The notes below the pieces were generated by a model that was not told the origin of the DNA, did not search any database, and saw nothing but the letters and a program-made list of their open reading frames with translations. From the IMG/VR virus record IMGVR_UViG_3300030108_006260, positions 62,001 through 126,000 of that record: a stretch of 64,000 nucleotides of DNA. One strand, 5' to 3'. Positions 1 to 9,169 of this stretch are shown one piece after another. Within the stretch, counting starts at the first letter, position 1; the number at the start of each line of letters is the position of its first letter. Both the position numbers and the translations under genes were made by a program.

Positions 1-577
1 GAACGGAAACCAGAGAAAAAGGAGCAGATACCCAAGGAGACCACACAGAAGCTATTTGGAGAGACTTTAAAACAAATTCCGCAGCTATGGAGGGTTCAGG
101 CCGAGACGAAAGGTCTGGGTAGTGTGATAGAACTAACGCGGATAGAGCACCATAAGCGTAGTGTCTACCTGCTCCAATAGCACAGAAAGAGCGCTTGCTC
201 TCCCACATTCCAAAGTCGTCATCTAGAAAGAAGTTTTTTCCGTTGAATGATAGAATGAAGCCCGAGTCTTTGATCTCTTGGTATCCGTTGGTCTCACCAA
301 CACAGCCTGCCTCTTTCATGTATTCGCGGATCTCCTCTGACAAATCACCACGTATCCACTCCTCCGTCACTTCCTTCTTTTCTAGGACATAGTGACAAAG
401 GGCCTTTTTGAGGACCTGTTCGTTTCTAACTGAACCGCAGATACCAACTCCCACGGGACCCACAGTGTAAACCTTGTCCTCGAAGCACAAGTCGCTTACC
501 TCACTGTCTCCGCAGAAGGAGTCACCGCCAAGAATAACAGATCCGTCAGAACAGGATATAGAAACAACTACAGTCAT
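1..577 (-). CDS. HslV/proteasome beta-subunit-like Ntn peptidase (3' end runs off window)
   Basis: Not in ORF track (no stop before the edge). Manual translation from ATG at 577: MTVVVSISCSDGSVILGGDS...EDKV...VGICG...FCAIGAGRHYAYGAL...SPWVSAPF. N-terminal Thr after Met, GDS, and AIG(S/A)G are Ntn/HslV-type motifs. Confidence 0.75.
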   Translation of the reverse strand, partial: MTVVVSISCSDGSVILGGDSFCGDSEVSDLCFEDKVYTVGPVGVGICGSVRNEQVLKKALCHYVLEKKEVTEEWIRGDLSEEIREYMKEAGCVGETNGYQEIKDSGFILSFNGKNFFLDDDFGMWESKRSFCAIGAGRHYAYGALSALVLSHYPDLSSRPEPSIAAEFVLKSLQIASVWSPWVSAPFSLVSV

Positions 578-656
578 TGCATTTCTTTTTACAAAGAAAA
601 AGACCGCAGATAATAACTTAGGTATTACAGTACAAAATAAAGTCTAGTAGTGTAAC

Positions 657-908
657 TTACCGTCGTGTCTCTACAACGTAGTCGCTGGTATCCACCCCGA
701 AAACTCCGAACCCTGCTGGGTAGTTGGCGCCTGCGGGGTCCGGTGAGGTAGTGACCCACCTAACAAATTGATCGGTGGGAACGGTAGTACGGACCCGGTT
801 CACGTACTGAGAAACGCCGACCGTCCTAGTTGCACCCTGTAGGGGTAGCCACTCTACATCCTCAAGAGGAATAAGGTCCATTAAGTCCAAGTGGTCAACA
901 TCCGCCAT
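657..908 (-). CDS. small hypothetical protein of tail-fibre-like module
   Basis: ORF 657..965; the more likely start is the ATG at 908 (MADVDH...), just past the upstream gene's stop at 910; GC-rich like its neighbours. Confidence 0.5.
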   Translation of the reverse strand: MADVDHLDLMDLIPLEDVEWLPLQGATRTVGVSQYVNRVRTTVPTDQFVRWVTTSPDPAGANYPAGFGVFGVDTSDYVVETRR

Positions 909-909
909 A

Positions 910-1913
910 TCAAATCTGCACTGGGTAAGAGAAAGCATCCCATGGGATGTATAGATCATCACCAACCCTCAGGAAATCCTGGTTGGTGTACGTGGGCTGG
1001 TTTTGCCCTCGTGTAAATGAGGGAAGTTGTATTGAGCTGGGAAAAGTAGCAGTCGCTCCTTGACCTCCGTGCTGAGCCCAGAAGAGATCTTGAAGCACGC
1101 CCTTCGGGAACTTTGTAGCCGCGCCCCCCTTTGCCGCGACGATGGGGTAGCGACTCACGAGACCAAAGTCAGTCACGACGGAGAAGGGACCCACAGCGGA
1201 AGTGCCAGGCTGTGTGCCGCCCCCCGGCTCTCGGAAATAGTAGGGCTTGATGTTGTTGGTTCCTAGGAACGCTTCGGCGCCGCCGCCTTTGTCGTAGTAG
1301 CCGAGCCAATCGACCCCGCTCGACTTATCGCCGGTCCACGCTTCCATGTAGATGACAGGGTCCAAGTCTGTACCGCGCCACACGTTGAGTGGGAACATTC
1401 CGAAAATGCGGTGATTCATCGTGCTGGCTGCTGCGTAGGGCCGCGCACAGAACCCAAGAAGATGTGCTGCTGACTCGTAGCGAACCGCGCTGTCTGTCCC
1501 TTCGATATAGTCGCCTCCTGGCGCGTCGTCGCCGAAGAGAAAAAGCTGGTGTACGCCCGCCTGATCGAAGAAGTTTCCTTTCGTAGACCCGCCCGTCCCA
1601 ACGAGTTGCTGCTCTTCGGCGAGCGGAGGGCGTGTGTCTTCGGTCCCCGAAGGCACGGGAGGACTCGCAGCAAGGCGGCTGACGTATACCGCCATCGCCG
1701 CAACCGTGCTCCCTCGCTGGAACGTCAGAACGCGAATGCCGGGCGCAGGCTCCCTGATGCACTGGTAGGCGTTGTTATACNNNNNNNNNNAGATCCCGTA
1801 CCTCCTCCCGCGTAGTAGGCGGTCCACCCCAGGTTATCGATCGCGTGGCGAAAAAGGTGGTACGCGGCTTCTGCCGGGTTGCGCGCTAGTGCTGTGTTGA
1901 ACCGATAAGTCAT
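910..1913 (-). CDS. putative tail fibre/virion protein spanning an assembly gap
   Basis: ORF 1725..1913 (MTYRFNTALARN...GGGTGS) and ORF 910..1827 (...YNNAYQCIREPAPG...) are open on either side of the 10-N gap at 1781-1790. They are most simply one gene whose frame is shifted by a gap of unknown length. G/T/Y/W-rich, beta-type composition. Confidence 0.5.
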
Positions 1914-2896
1914 GAGGGCGTGACTCCTGTGGGCCAGGGGTAGAGCATGCCGGAGTTGTTGACGAAGACGCGCGCGTCGTCCTCTGCGGGCCGCGAGCGG
2001 TCCGGATAATTGTGCGCGACTGTGGTCCCTCCTTGGCGCAACAACCGACTCATCCCGACACGGTAGTTGACTTCAGCGTTGCTCCAAATAGCGGTAGGCA
2101 GCGGGCCGCCGACATACCAGTACCCCGGTGCCATGATCTCCCCCGATGTTGCAGGGTCGTCGATGTCGGAGTCGTAGTTACCGTCCGCGTTGTACAGCAC
2201 CATGAACCTCGCGAAGCGTCCACGTCCGTCCACCGAGTTAATCACCCCCGACGAGGGGTCCTCGGCGTCCGTATAGAACAGCACACGCGCAAGGACTTCG
2301 GACTCGATGGCTATGACGGCTTTCGGGTGTGAAGGGTGTCGTGAGGACTCGACGAGGACGTCGACGCCGTACAGCTCGATGACCTGCGACGTCTGCGTAG
2401 GGTTCGTGAACAAGATGTAGAGAGGGTAATGGCCATCTACAGGTGTGTCTGATGTGATCACGTGTTGGTAAAGCGATGTCGGGCTACCCGAGGATGCGTA
2501 AGAGCCGTTTGAGGAAACCGTACCAAAAATGAAGTGCTCATCGACCGCACCCCATGGCTGGGTCGCACTGGCAGCTGACTTTCCGCCTCCACCGTTCTCA
2601 AAGCCAGCGCTCATAGAGAAAGAGACGCGCCCAAACGGGCTCGTGCTTTTGTTCTGGAACAGAAGTTGATAAGCCCCGTTGGGTGGCGACAGCACAAACC
2701 AGGCGTCCACAGTACTCATATCCACAACTGAGTCGATGGTGTCCCCTGCTGCCTCATAAGTTGTGCCATCGCCGCTGGCGACGACTTCCCATGGTGCGGC
2801 AAGCCCCGTGAGGTACTCCTTCATGTTAAACCACGCGCGAGCTAAACGGTCGTTAGCTACTCCAATGTCATCGTTTACAAGACCTATAATTGCCAT
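1910..2896 (-). CDS. putative tail fibre/virion-associated protein
   Basis: 328-aa ORF with WEVVASGDGTTY...DAWFVL N-terminus; G/S/T-rich; adjacent to a repeat-containing fibre-like gene. Product is inferred from context. Confidence 0.45.
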   Translation of the reverse strand: MAIIGLVNDDIGVANDRLARAWFNMKEYLTGLAAPWEVVASGDGTTYEAAGDTIDSVVDMSTVDAWFVLSPPNGAYQLLFQNKSTSPFGRVSFSMSAGFENGGGGKSAASATQPWGAVDEHFIFGTVSSNGSYASSGSPTSLYQHVITSDTPVDGHYPLYILFTNPTQTSQVIELYGVDVLVESSRHPSHPKAVIAIESEVLARVLFYTDAEDPSSGVINSVDGRGRFARFMVLYNADGNYDSDIDDPATSGEIMAPGYWYVGGPLPTAIWSNAEVNYRVGMSRLLRQGGTTVAHNYPDRSRPAEDDARVFVNNSGMLYPWPTGVTPS

Positions 2897-2898
2897 GG

Positions 2899-4083
2899 TT
2901 AGTTCTCGAAAGAAATTCCGCCGTTGAATACCTTGAATATGTCGTCTACTGCACCAGAAATGACAACAGCCCTAAGCTCGTATAGTCGTGCGTAGTTGTA
3001 TACTTCACCGTTATTTACTCCAGGAGAAGCCACAGGAGTCAAGGTTACGTCCACAACCTCAATACTTCCTCCTGATGTAACTTCTGCTGTAGCTCGAAGA
3101 ACACCTGCTCCTGAACTACCAACGGCTCCCATATCGTACAAACGAAGCTCCGCCGTAGGCGTTCCTGCGTTGATAGTAAGCATGCCCATGAGTCGAAATA
3201 GGATAGTGGAGAAAGGAAGAGTTCCGGCATTGAGGACGAGTCCGCCGACTACCGTTTCAGGATCTGCACCGGTTACCTCTGCGTTTAAAGCACCCGGTAT
3301 CTGAGGCACACCAGAGTCTAGGAAAGAACTAAGTACTGCGTTTGGGCTGGGCACCCAAGCAGTCCCGTTCCATGATAAGACATCATCAGTAGAGGGAGAA
3401 GAAGCAGAAACAGGGCTTCCCTGTAGGGCAACAACAGAAGGACTAGGGTATGTCCCAGACAAATCCCCAGAGGCAGTACCCGAAGGTGCAGTAGAGACCT
3501 GAGTAGGAGTCCACTCTGACCCGTCCCATACAAGTATGTCGTTAGTGACAGGTGTTGTAGAAGATACTGCGCTTCCCTGTAGTGCATCCACGGAAGGATT
3601 AGGGTAAGTACCCGATAAATCCCCAGAAGCAGCACCAGAAGGAGCTACAGGTGCTGGTGCCCACGCCGTACCGTTCCATACAAGGGCGTCATTAGTAGAG
3701 GGAGAAGAAGACGATACAGGATTACCCTGAAGTCCATCTACAGTAGGACTAGGATATGACCCAGCTAAATCTCCAGAAGCAGTACCAGAGGGAGGACCCC
3801 CGCTTCCTCCTCCGCCCCCTCCTCCGTTATGTCCTCCTGCCTGAGAAATCTCAGCGAGCCACTCCTGAACAAACTGCTCGTTAGTTATGCCAATGGCAGC
3901 CACCACAAAACTACGAACAGACCCTTCTAACTGTACCTCTACAGTGTGGGACTTGTCAGTTGGCCGGTTCTTTACTCCGTAGTTTATGCTACGGATGGTC
4001 TTGAGATCCGCTATTTCTAGCGTACCGATACGTGTACCATTGGGCATTGTATCAAACAATGCAAGTTGTATAGGCTGCGCCAT
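2899..4083 (-). CDS. tail fibre-like virion protein with three internal repeats
   Basis: 394 aa; Gly linker followed by three copies of PSG(T/A)ASGDL(A/S)G(S/T)YP(S/N)P(T/S)V..LQG..VS...P.T.D.L.W.G..W.P. Confidence 0.55.
   Translation of the reverse strand: MAQPIQLALFDTMPNGTRIGTLEIADLKTIRSINYGVKNRPTDKSHTVEVQLEGSVRSFVVAAIGITNEQFVQEWLAEISQAGGHNGGGGGGGSGGPPSGTASGDLAGSYPSPTVDGLQGNPVSSSSPSTNDALVWNGTAWAPAPVAPSGAASGDLSGTYPNPSVDALQGSAVSSTTPVTNDILVWDGSEWTPTQVSTAPSGTASGDLSGTYPSPSVVALQGSPVSASSPSTDDVLSWNGTAWVPSPNAVLSSFLDSGVPQIPGALNAEVTGADPETVVGGLVLNAGTLPFSTILFRLMGMLTINAGTPTAELRLYDMGAVGSSGAGVLRATAEVTSGGSIEVVDVTLTPVASPGVNNGEVYNYARLYELRAVVISGAVDDIFKVFNGGISFEN
3348..3792 (-). repeat. three ~50-codon tandem repeats within fibre-like gene
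   Basis: Repeat units are visible in the translation of 2899..4083; boundaries approximate. Confidence 0.85.
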
Positions 4084-4112
4084 TCAGTGGGGTCCTCTGA
4101 TATAGATATACC

Positions 4113-4415
4113 TTATTTCGAGGATTTTTTGCTCTGATTTAGGTGAGGTTTAGCTGCCAAGTAAAGGTCCCGTGCCATCATAAGCTGCCTAAAGATGTAG
4201 GGATCATCCGAGTACGTACTGTAGAGTTCGTCTTCTGTCGTGTGATCCTCTTCAATTAGAGCATCTACATAGGCAGAAACAACAGATGCAGCTTCCCTTT
4301 CTTTCCATATCCTGTTGATATACAGGACAATAGCCACCAATAAGCTACCAGCAAAAAAGAGTAGTACCTTTAGTAAGGTATAGGCACTAATCAAGGTCAG
4401 AATCGTCAATATCAT
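4113..4415 (-). CDS. small membrane protein
   Basis: 100 aa with a hydrophobic N-terminal segment. Confidence 0.55.
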   Translation of the reverse strand: MILTILTLISAYTLLKVLLFFAGSLLVAIVLYINRIWKEREAASVVSAYVDALIEEDHTTEDELYSTYSDDPYIFRQLMMARDLYLAAKPHLNQSKKSSK

Positions 4416-4647
4416 TGGTGTCTTTAGACACTAAGTTAAGGAGAGATTTTCTAATTCTCCAGAACTCTCTAAAGTCTGAAAGAGATGACATAAATGCAGA
4501 AGCCGATACTAACCCGAAAATAATACCGTAAGGTAAGGACTTAGCAAGGGCAGCAGAAACAAAGACAAACAAAGATAGAAGACTTGTAGTGAAACCTAAA
4601 GCACTACATCTAAAGTGTAGAGCGGCTTCTTTATGTTTTGAATACAC
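4387..4647 (-). CDS. small two-TM membrane protein
   Basis: 86 aa with two hydrophobic stretches; overlaps the next gene in operon style. Confidence 0.5.
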   Translation of the reverse strand: MYSKHKEAALHFRCSALGFTTSLLSLFVFVSAALAKSLPYGIIFGLVSASAFMSSLSDFREFWRIRKSLLNLVSKDTNDIDDSDLD

Positions 4648-4671
4648 GACTTAAGACTCCTATGTTATAAA

Positions 4672-4762
4672 TGGCAGAGAGTGAGGGATTCGAACCCTCG
4701 GTACCCAAAATGGGTACACTCGCTTTCCAGGCGAGCCCTTTCGACCGCTCAGGCAACTCTCT
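4672..4762 (-). tRNA. tRNA-Ser(GGA)
   Basis: Acceptor AGAGAGT/ACTCTCT, anticodon arm CTCGC-CTGGAAA-GCGAG, long variable arm, GGTTCGAATCC T-arm, encoded CCA. Confidence 0.95.
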
Positions 4763-4767
4763 ATGTG

Positions 4768-5379
4768 TTATCCCTTTACAGAGATGTTACGCAACTGCTT
4801 AGAAATACTTCTAAGATTTTTAGTGGCAGTTGCGTGAAAAGATAAGGACGAGTAGACCTTACTCAACAGGTCAAATATCTCAGAAAAAGTAGAAAATACT
4901 TTACGCTTTGCCCGCAGGGACTTCTTGTAGTAGGGGTCAACAATCCTAAGGGGGTCCCTTCGACCTGGGTCTAGTGGCTCCTCCGGAATCATCCCACCAA
5001 CAAAGGATGACAAGCTATCTACTTTACTCTTAATACGATGAACTAGGTTTGCTGTCCTCTTGGAGGATCTGGCACTTACAGGAACGCGGGAAGCCGCAGC
5101 CTTCCTGACGTCATCCATGCAGGCATCCACCCAACTACGAGTATAAGGTCCCTTGGATAGGTGAAGGTCTACCTCTGCAAGACGACATAGCTGAATAGCC
5201 CTAAAAAGAGGGTCAACAAACTTAAGTGCAAAACCCTTTGAGTTCTGAGGGGTATCTAAAGACTTAGCTAGTGAGTCCATAACTGGACTAAGAGTAGAAC
5301 ACTGACCCTCTATTGTCATAATGAGGGCTTTTGCTCTAATGTGATCAGACTGAGATACAGAAGTAGGTGATTTTGTCAT
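4768..5379 (-). CDS. hypothetical protein
   Basis: ORF 4768..5448; likely start is ATG 5379 (MTKSPT), which avoids a long overlap with the upstream gene. Confidence 0.6.
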   Translation of the reverse strand: MTKSPTSVSQSDHIRAKALIMTIEGQCSTLSPVMDSLAKSLDTPQNSKGFALKFVDPLFRAIQLCRLAEVDLHLSKGPYTRSWVDACMDDVRKAAASRVPVSARSSKRTANLVHRIKSKVDSLSSFVGGMIPEEPLDPGRRDPLRIVDPYYKKSLRAKRKVFSTFSEIFDLLSKVYSSLSFHATATKNLRSISKQLRNISVKG

Positions 5380-5383
5380 GTAC

Positions 5384-5722
5384 CTATTTGTTTTTATTGG
5401 TAAAAGCCCGTTGAAACCGGGTAGTAAGATAAAATACGCAAAAAACACCTAAGGCCATAGCATTAGCAAGACCCGTAAGGAAAAGTAAGAAACCTAGAGG
5501 GTTACCGTTCCTTATAAGTGTCGATCCAGTACTAAGAAAGAAGGAAGTAGCAGCAGTAAATAGTAAAAGCTGCAACCCTACTATAAAAATGTAGTAGAAT
5601 TTATACATACACAAGTACCTTGTGACTAGATAGGGTGACCCTAGAGAGGTTTGAACTCTCATTTCAGCCGTGAGAGGGCTGCGTCCTAGCCGGTTAGACG
5701 ATAGGGCCAGTGGTAGCTCCAC
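5384..5722 (-). CDS. small membrane protein
   Basis: Two hydrophobic helices in the C-terminal half; true start uncertain. Confidence 0.45.
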   Translation of the reverse strand: MELPLALSSNRLGRSPLTAEMRVQTSLGSPYLVTRYLCMYKFYYIFIVGLQLLLFTAATSFFLSTGSTLIRNGNPLGFLLFLTGLANAMALGVFCVFYLTTRFQRAFTNKNK

Positions 5723-5789
5723 GGAGAATCGAACTCCGCTCTCCTGTGTGAAAAACAGGTATCCTAAACCGATAGACGATGGAGCCGTA

Positions 5790-6026
5790 TCAAGTACCAG
5801 TCACAACAGCGCGAGTACTTGCTACTTTAAAGAATACAGGAAGGTCTTCCCAGGTTTCGGGCATAATATCCTGATATTCTTCCCGCTCCTTCTTAGAAGA
5901 AGCATAAACTACGATGCCAAATGGAGGAGCACCCATAGGCGAACCATAGCCAAGAGTGTTACTTTGAAGAGCCTGCTGGAAGGTGGAGCGGAAGCGCTCT
6001 ACCTTATCAAGAGTTTGCTTATCCAT
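5790..6026 (-). CDS. hypothetical protein
   Basis: 78-aa ORF in co-directional gene order. Confidence 0.55.
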   Translation of the reverse strand: MDKQTLDKVERFRSTFQQALQSNTLGYGSPMGAPPFGIVVYASSKKEREEYQDIMPETWEDLPVFFKVASTRAVVTGT

Positions 6027-6065
6027 TTACTATAAAATCCTTGGGTTGTAACTAGTGTGAACTAG

Positions 6066-6148
6066 TGGTAGGGCCGGTGGGACTCGAACCCACACGCCGT
6101 AGCACAGGAACCTAAATCCTGCGAGTCTGCCAATTTCTCCACGGCCCC
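6066..6148 (-). tRNA. tRNA-Leu(TAG)
   Basis: Anticodon arm CAGGA-TTTAGGT-TCCTG, variable arm, GGTTCGAGTCC, CCA. Confidence 0.95.
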
Positions 6149-6194
6149 AAAATAATAGTGATGTATGTTTACAGTGGCTCTCCTACTACAACGT

Positions 6195-6229
6195 AACGTA
6201 GTTCATTAACTTGAGAAGTGCAAGTACTT
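6195..6229 (-). promoter_or_regulatory. sigma70-like promoter TTGCAC-17-TACGTT preceded by AAGTAC
   Basis: -35 at 6218-6223, -10 at 6195-6200; upstream of tRNA-Leu. Confidence 0.55.
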
Positions 6230-6231
6230 TC

Positions 6232-7230
6232 TCAGTGACCAGATCCCTTTTTCTTATACATTTCAAAGTCACTTTTTCTAAGAAGTGCATCTACAGTTGT
6301 AGCCTGTGCAGGGTAGGAAGCAGATCCGATACTTACGCTCATACAGTGTTCTTCTCCTCCTACATTAAAAGGACAACTCATAGATGAGTGAATACGTTCT
6401 CGTACAGATAAAGCGTAGTCGTCTGACACAATCCCTGAAACCAAAACTATGAATTCGTCTCCGCCATACCTACACACAAAATCTTCCGAGCGAACAGCAG
6501 CACATAAGCGATCTGCTACCTCAAATAGAAGGTCATCCCCAGCGTCGTGACCCCACTCATCATTTACGGCCTTGAACTTATTTAAGTCACAAAAGAAAAT
6601 AGAAAATGGTGATTCAGATTCTATTAAAATAGACATGTGGTCAAGTAAAGCAGTCCTGTTGGCAAGTCCTGTAAGCTGGTCAAAGTAGGCCAAATGGCGA
6701 AGATTATCTTCCTTATTCTTTCGCTCCTTAAGTACTAATATTTTCTGGTATAGAATACGATACGCGTCGTAAGATTTAGGCAAGTAGCCGTGGGCGTAAG
6801 TTCTAAGCAAGCCAGTCACTAACTCCGGATCTTCTGATCCCGAGAACAGCAAAATAGCAGATTCAGGGGCTTCCTCTGCCAGTGACCTAAGTAATGGAAT
6901 ACTTATAGTGTCTAGAGCATGAATATCAGTTATTATTACGTCTACACATTCCTTATCAAGGAAATCCAGTGCAGATGAGAACGAGTGAACCGCTTTCAAA
7001 GAGTTACAAAGCGGTGAAAGATGCTCCCTAATTAGGAGAATGTCAGTAGGATCGTCTTCTATAAGTAGAACGTTAAGACTTCTTTCAGGCGTGGGAGGTA
7101 CGCTTCTGGAACAAAGATCTAGACTTACAAGAAGGTTCTTCTTTTTCTTACGCCTATAGTCGTCAGAGGATGGCAAGTGATTTATTCTCCTATCACATAT
7201 ATAGGGTGCAATTATCATAAAGTAAATCAC
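6232..7230 (-). CDS. response-regulator diguanylate cyclase (REC-GGDEF, WspR/PleD-like)
   Basis: REC: VLLIEDD, DVIITD (phosphoacceptor Asp), YLPK. GGDEF: DQLTGLANR, DLNKFKAVNDEWGHDAGD, RSED I-site five residues before RYGGDEF, SVSIG. Confidence 0.93.
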   Translation of the reverse strand: MIYFMIIAPYICDRRINHLPSSDDYRRKKKKNLLVSLDLCSRSVPPTPERSLNVLLIEDDPTDILLIREHLSPLCNSLKAVHSFSSALDFLDKECVDVIITDIHALDTISIPLLRSLAEEAPESAILLFSGSEDPELVTGLLRTYAHGYLPKSYDAYRILYQKILVLKERKNKEDNLRHLAYFDQLTGLANRTALLDHMSILIESESPFSIFFCDLNKFKAVNDEWGHDAGDDLLFEVADRLCAAVRSEDFVCRYGGDEFIVLVSGIVSDDYALSVRERIHSSMSCPFNVGGEEHCMSVSIGSASYPAQATTVDALLRKSDFEMYKKKGSGH

Positions 7231-7277
7231 TACACAAATTAGTGGCGTTGAACTGTATTTTATAGTATCCTAATTAT

Positions 7278-7880
7278 GTGAAGGTAATTAGAATAATAGT
7301 TTGGTCAGCGTTAGTTTCTTGCCTCTATTCTTGTGAGGTACCCCTTCCCACTCCGTACATTCACAGCCAGGAATACCTTCAAGTAGAGGGTTCTGAGTAT
7401 CTACAGCACCGACACCCAGAGGATTTTCCTCTGGGTGTCTTTATTTCACTACATATGCCCACTTCCTACGTTTTTTCTTCGCTAGAAGCAGTCGATAGGT
7501 GGAATGAAGCGGTAGGGTCAGATTTCCTTGACGCTCGTGTAGCGTTTATTCCACCATCAGATGGGAACGGTATTTACATTAGCTCAGAAGACCTATCGAG
7601 AGCCAGCTGGCATGTATACATGTATGGTCATGCCCAAAATGTCACAGGAAGAAGAGGGCACATTGAGCGTTCATTTATAGCTTTAAACACACGAATACCC
7701 AAGGAGATTCAGGCAACGGTAGTGATGCACGAAATAGGACACGCACTAGGATTGGCCCACGACTCTGAGCCGGGATCTATGATGTATCCAGCTATAAATC
7801 ACCTTCTATGTCAGTACTTAGAAATCAACGACGTAGAAGCAGTAAGGGGGCAACTTGAAGAAAGCGGCTATCACTTGTAG
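7278..7880 (+). CDS. matrixin-like (metzincin M10) zinc metalloprotease, probable lipoprotein
   Basis: HEIGHALGLAH zinc motif plus Met-turn SMMYP; N-terminal hydrophobic segment ending in LYSC. Confidence 0.88.
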   Translation: MKVIRIIVWSALVSCLYSCEVPLPTPYIHSQEYLQVEGSEYLQHRHPEDFPLGVFISLHMPTSYVFSSLEAVDRWNEAVGSDFLDARVAFIPPSDGNGIYISSEDLSRASWHVYMYGHAQNVTGRRGHIERSFIALNTRIPKEIQATVVMHEIGHALGLAHDSEPGSMMYPAINHLLCQYLEINDVEAVRGQLEESGYHL

Positions 7881-8469
7881 CTTACTCCTACTAGGATCGT
7901 GCCTAGCACCTAGGAGCAATGGAAACAGATACTGGAGCGAAGAAGACGCTCCCTTAGTGGTTGCCTATGATGACAACTTACCACAAGAGTACGTGGTAGG
8001 ACTCCATCAGGCCATACACCAGTGGAACATGGCCATAAACCGAAGATTACTGCGTATGGAATCAGTGGAACCGGAATCTCCCCTCGTGAACGGAGTAATA
8101 AGAGTAAGCCAAGGTACTATAGAAGTAGTCCATTTGAACCGATGGGGAAGAGTAAGAAGAATAGGCCAACACACTCCCGTTTTTGTCCACAATAGCGGAA
8201 GAATGATAAGGTCTCATATCATAATAGACACACGATATTCTGGGGGCTCCATGGCCAGAAAGATATCTGTACACGAAATAGGGCACGCCCTTGGTCTTAG
8301 ACATGACGAGTACGATCCTGGGTCTGTTATGTACCCTAGGATATCTGGTAATCAATTCATAAGAACTGATGACGTGGAGTACGTATTAGGGTATGTAGGA
8401 CAAAGTGTGCCTCAGTATAGAGAAATAAACTTTGCAACAAGAAACATCTTTAAAAGAGAGGAAGACTAG
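7855..8469 (+). CDS. matrixin-like zinc metalloprotease, probable lipoprotein
   Basis: HEIGHALGLRH plus SVMYP; MKKAAITCSLLLLGSC lipobox-like N-terminus. Confidence 0.88.
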   Translation: MKKAAITCSLLLLGSCLAPRSNGNRYWSEEDAPLVVAYDDNLPQEYVVGLHQAIHQWNMAINRRLLRMESVEPESPLVNGVIRVSQGTIEVVHLNRWGRVRRIGQHTPVFVHNSGRMIRSHIIIDTRYSGGSMARKISVHEIGHALGLRHDEYDPGSVMYPRISGNQFIRTDDVEYVLGYVGQSVPQYREINFATRNIFKREED

Positions 8470-8678
8470 TCCAGGTCGAACCAAGATCTGACCATGTCAT
8501 GCATGTCTTCTATGTAGGAAGAAAAATAATCTGCGTAGTATAGAGAGTACAAATCTTCATCTAGAGATGTGACAACGTAAAACTCTAGAGCGCCACAGTT
8601 CATCTTAAAAAGGTTCTCTGAAGCGCCCTTCTCGTCGTAGAGGTGAGTTACCAATAAAGTACCGTCTGATTCAAACAC
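8466..8678 (-). CDS. hypothetical protein
   Basis: 70-aa ORF, convergent with the matrixin pair. Confidence 0.5.
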   Translation of the reverse strand: MFESDGTLLVTHLYDEKGASENLFKMNCGALEFYVVTSLDEDLYSLYYADYFSSYIEDMHDMVRSWFDLD

Positions 8679-8861
8679 TCAGTCTTCCTTGTCTTTGTCA
8701 TCCGGAGGTATAGACTCAAAGTGATACTTTGAGCAGTTTATAACCGGGGCGTCGGGGTACTTGTCCTTTTCAGGATGAGTACAGGTTATTGTTACTTTTC
8801 CTGTTACCTGAGACACATGGACTCTTTTGTTCTTACAAGTGGCGNNNNNNNNNNAAGCCAT
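8679..8861 (-). CDS. hypothetical Cys-containing protein (spans N gap 8845-8854)
   Basis: ORF track; 5' end unreliable because of the gap. Confidence 0.4.
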   Translation of the reverse strand: MAXXXXATCKNKRVHVSQVTGKVTITCTHPEKDKYPDAPVINCSKYHFESIPPDDKDKED

Positions 8862-8917
8862 ACCGTCCTATTAGTGTCATATCTCACTCCTACAAGTAGG
8901 AATAAGATAACGGACAG

Positions 8918-9169
8918 ATGCATCATAAAAGAACTAAAGTATTATCTACTTGTATGATTTCTCCGGATGCAAAACCAGAACTAGTAAGGCTCCTAAATAC
9001 GTACCTAGAAACGAACGAGAGTGATAAAAGAGTTCGTCTCTGCAAACTAATGGGATGCAGAGACGAACTCATCACAAGGTGGGCTAAGGGGGAATCAAGA
9101 CCAGACGGTGTAAACTATAGATACCTAGTTGGAATTCTCAGAACAGAAATAGAGCGAGAAAAAGCCTAG
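8918..9169 (+). CDS. small XRE-like helix-turn-helix protein
   Basis: RLCKLMGCRDELITRWAKGESRP resembles the XRE HTH pattern (lA..lG.s...isrWE.G...P). Confidence 0.6.
   Translation: MHHKRTKVLSTCMISPDAKPELVRLLNTYLETNESDKRVRLCKLMGCRDELITRWAKGESRPDGVNYRYLVGILRTEIEREKA

Noticed and set aside
1781-1790. Apparent frameshift in the fibre-like gene
   Set aside because: Coincides with a 10-N scaffold gap of unknown true length; not evidence of programmed frameshifting.
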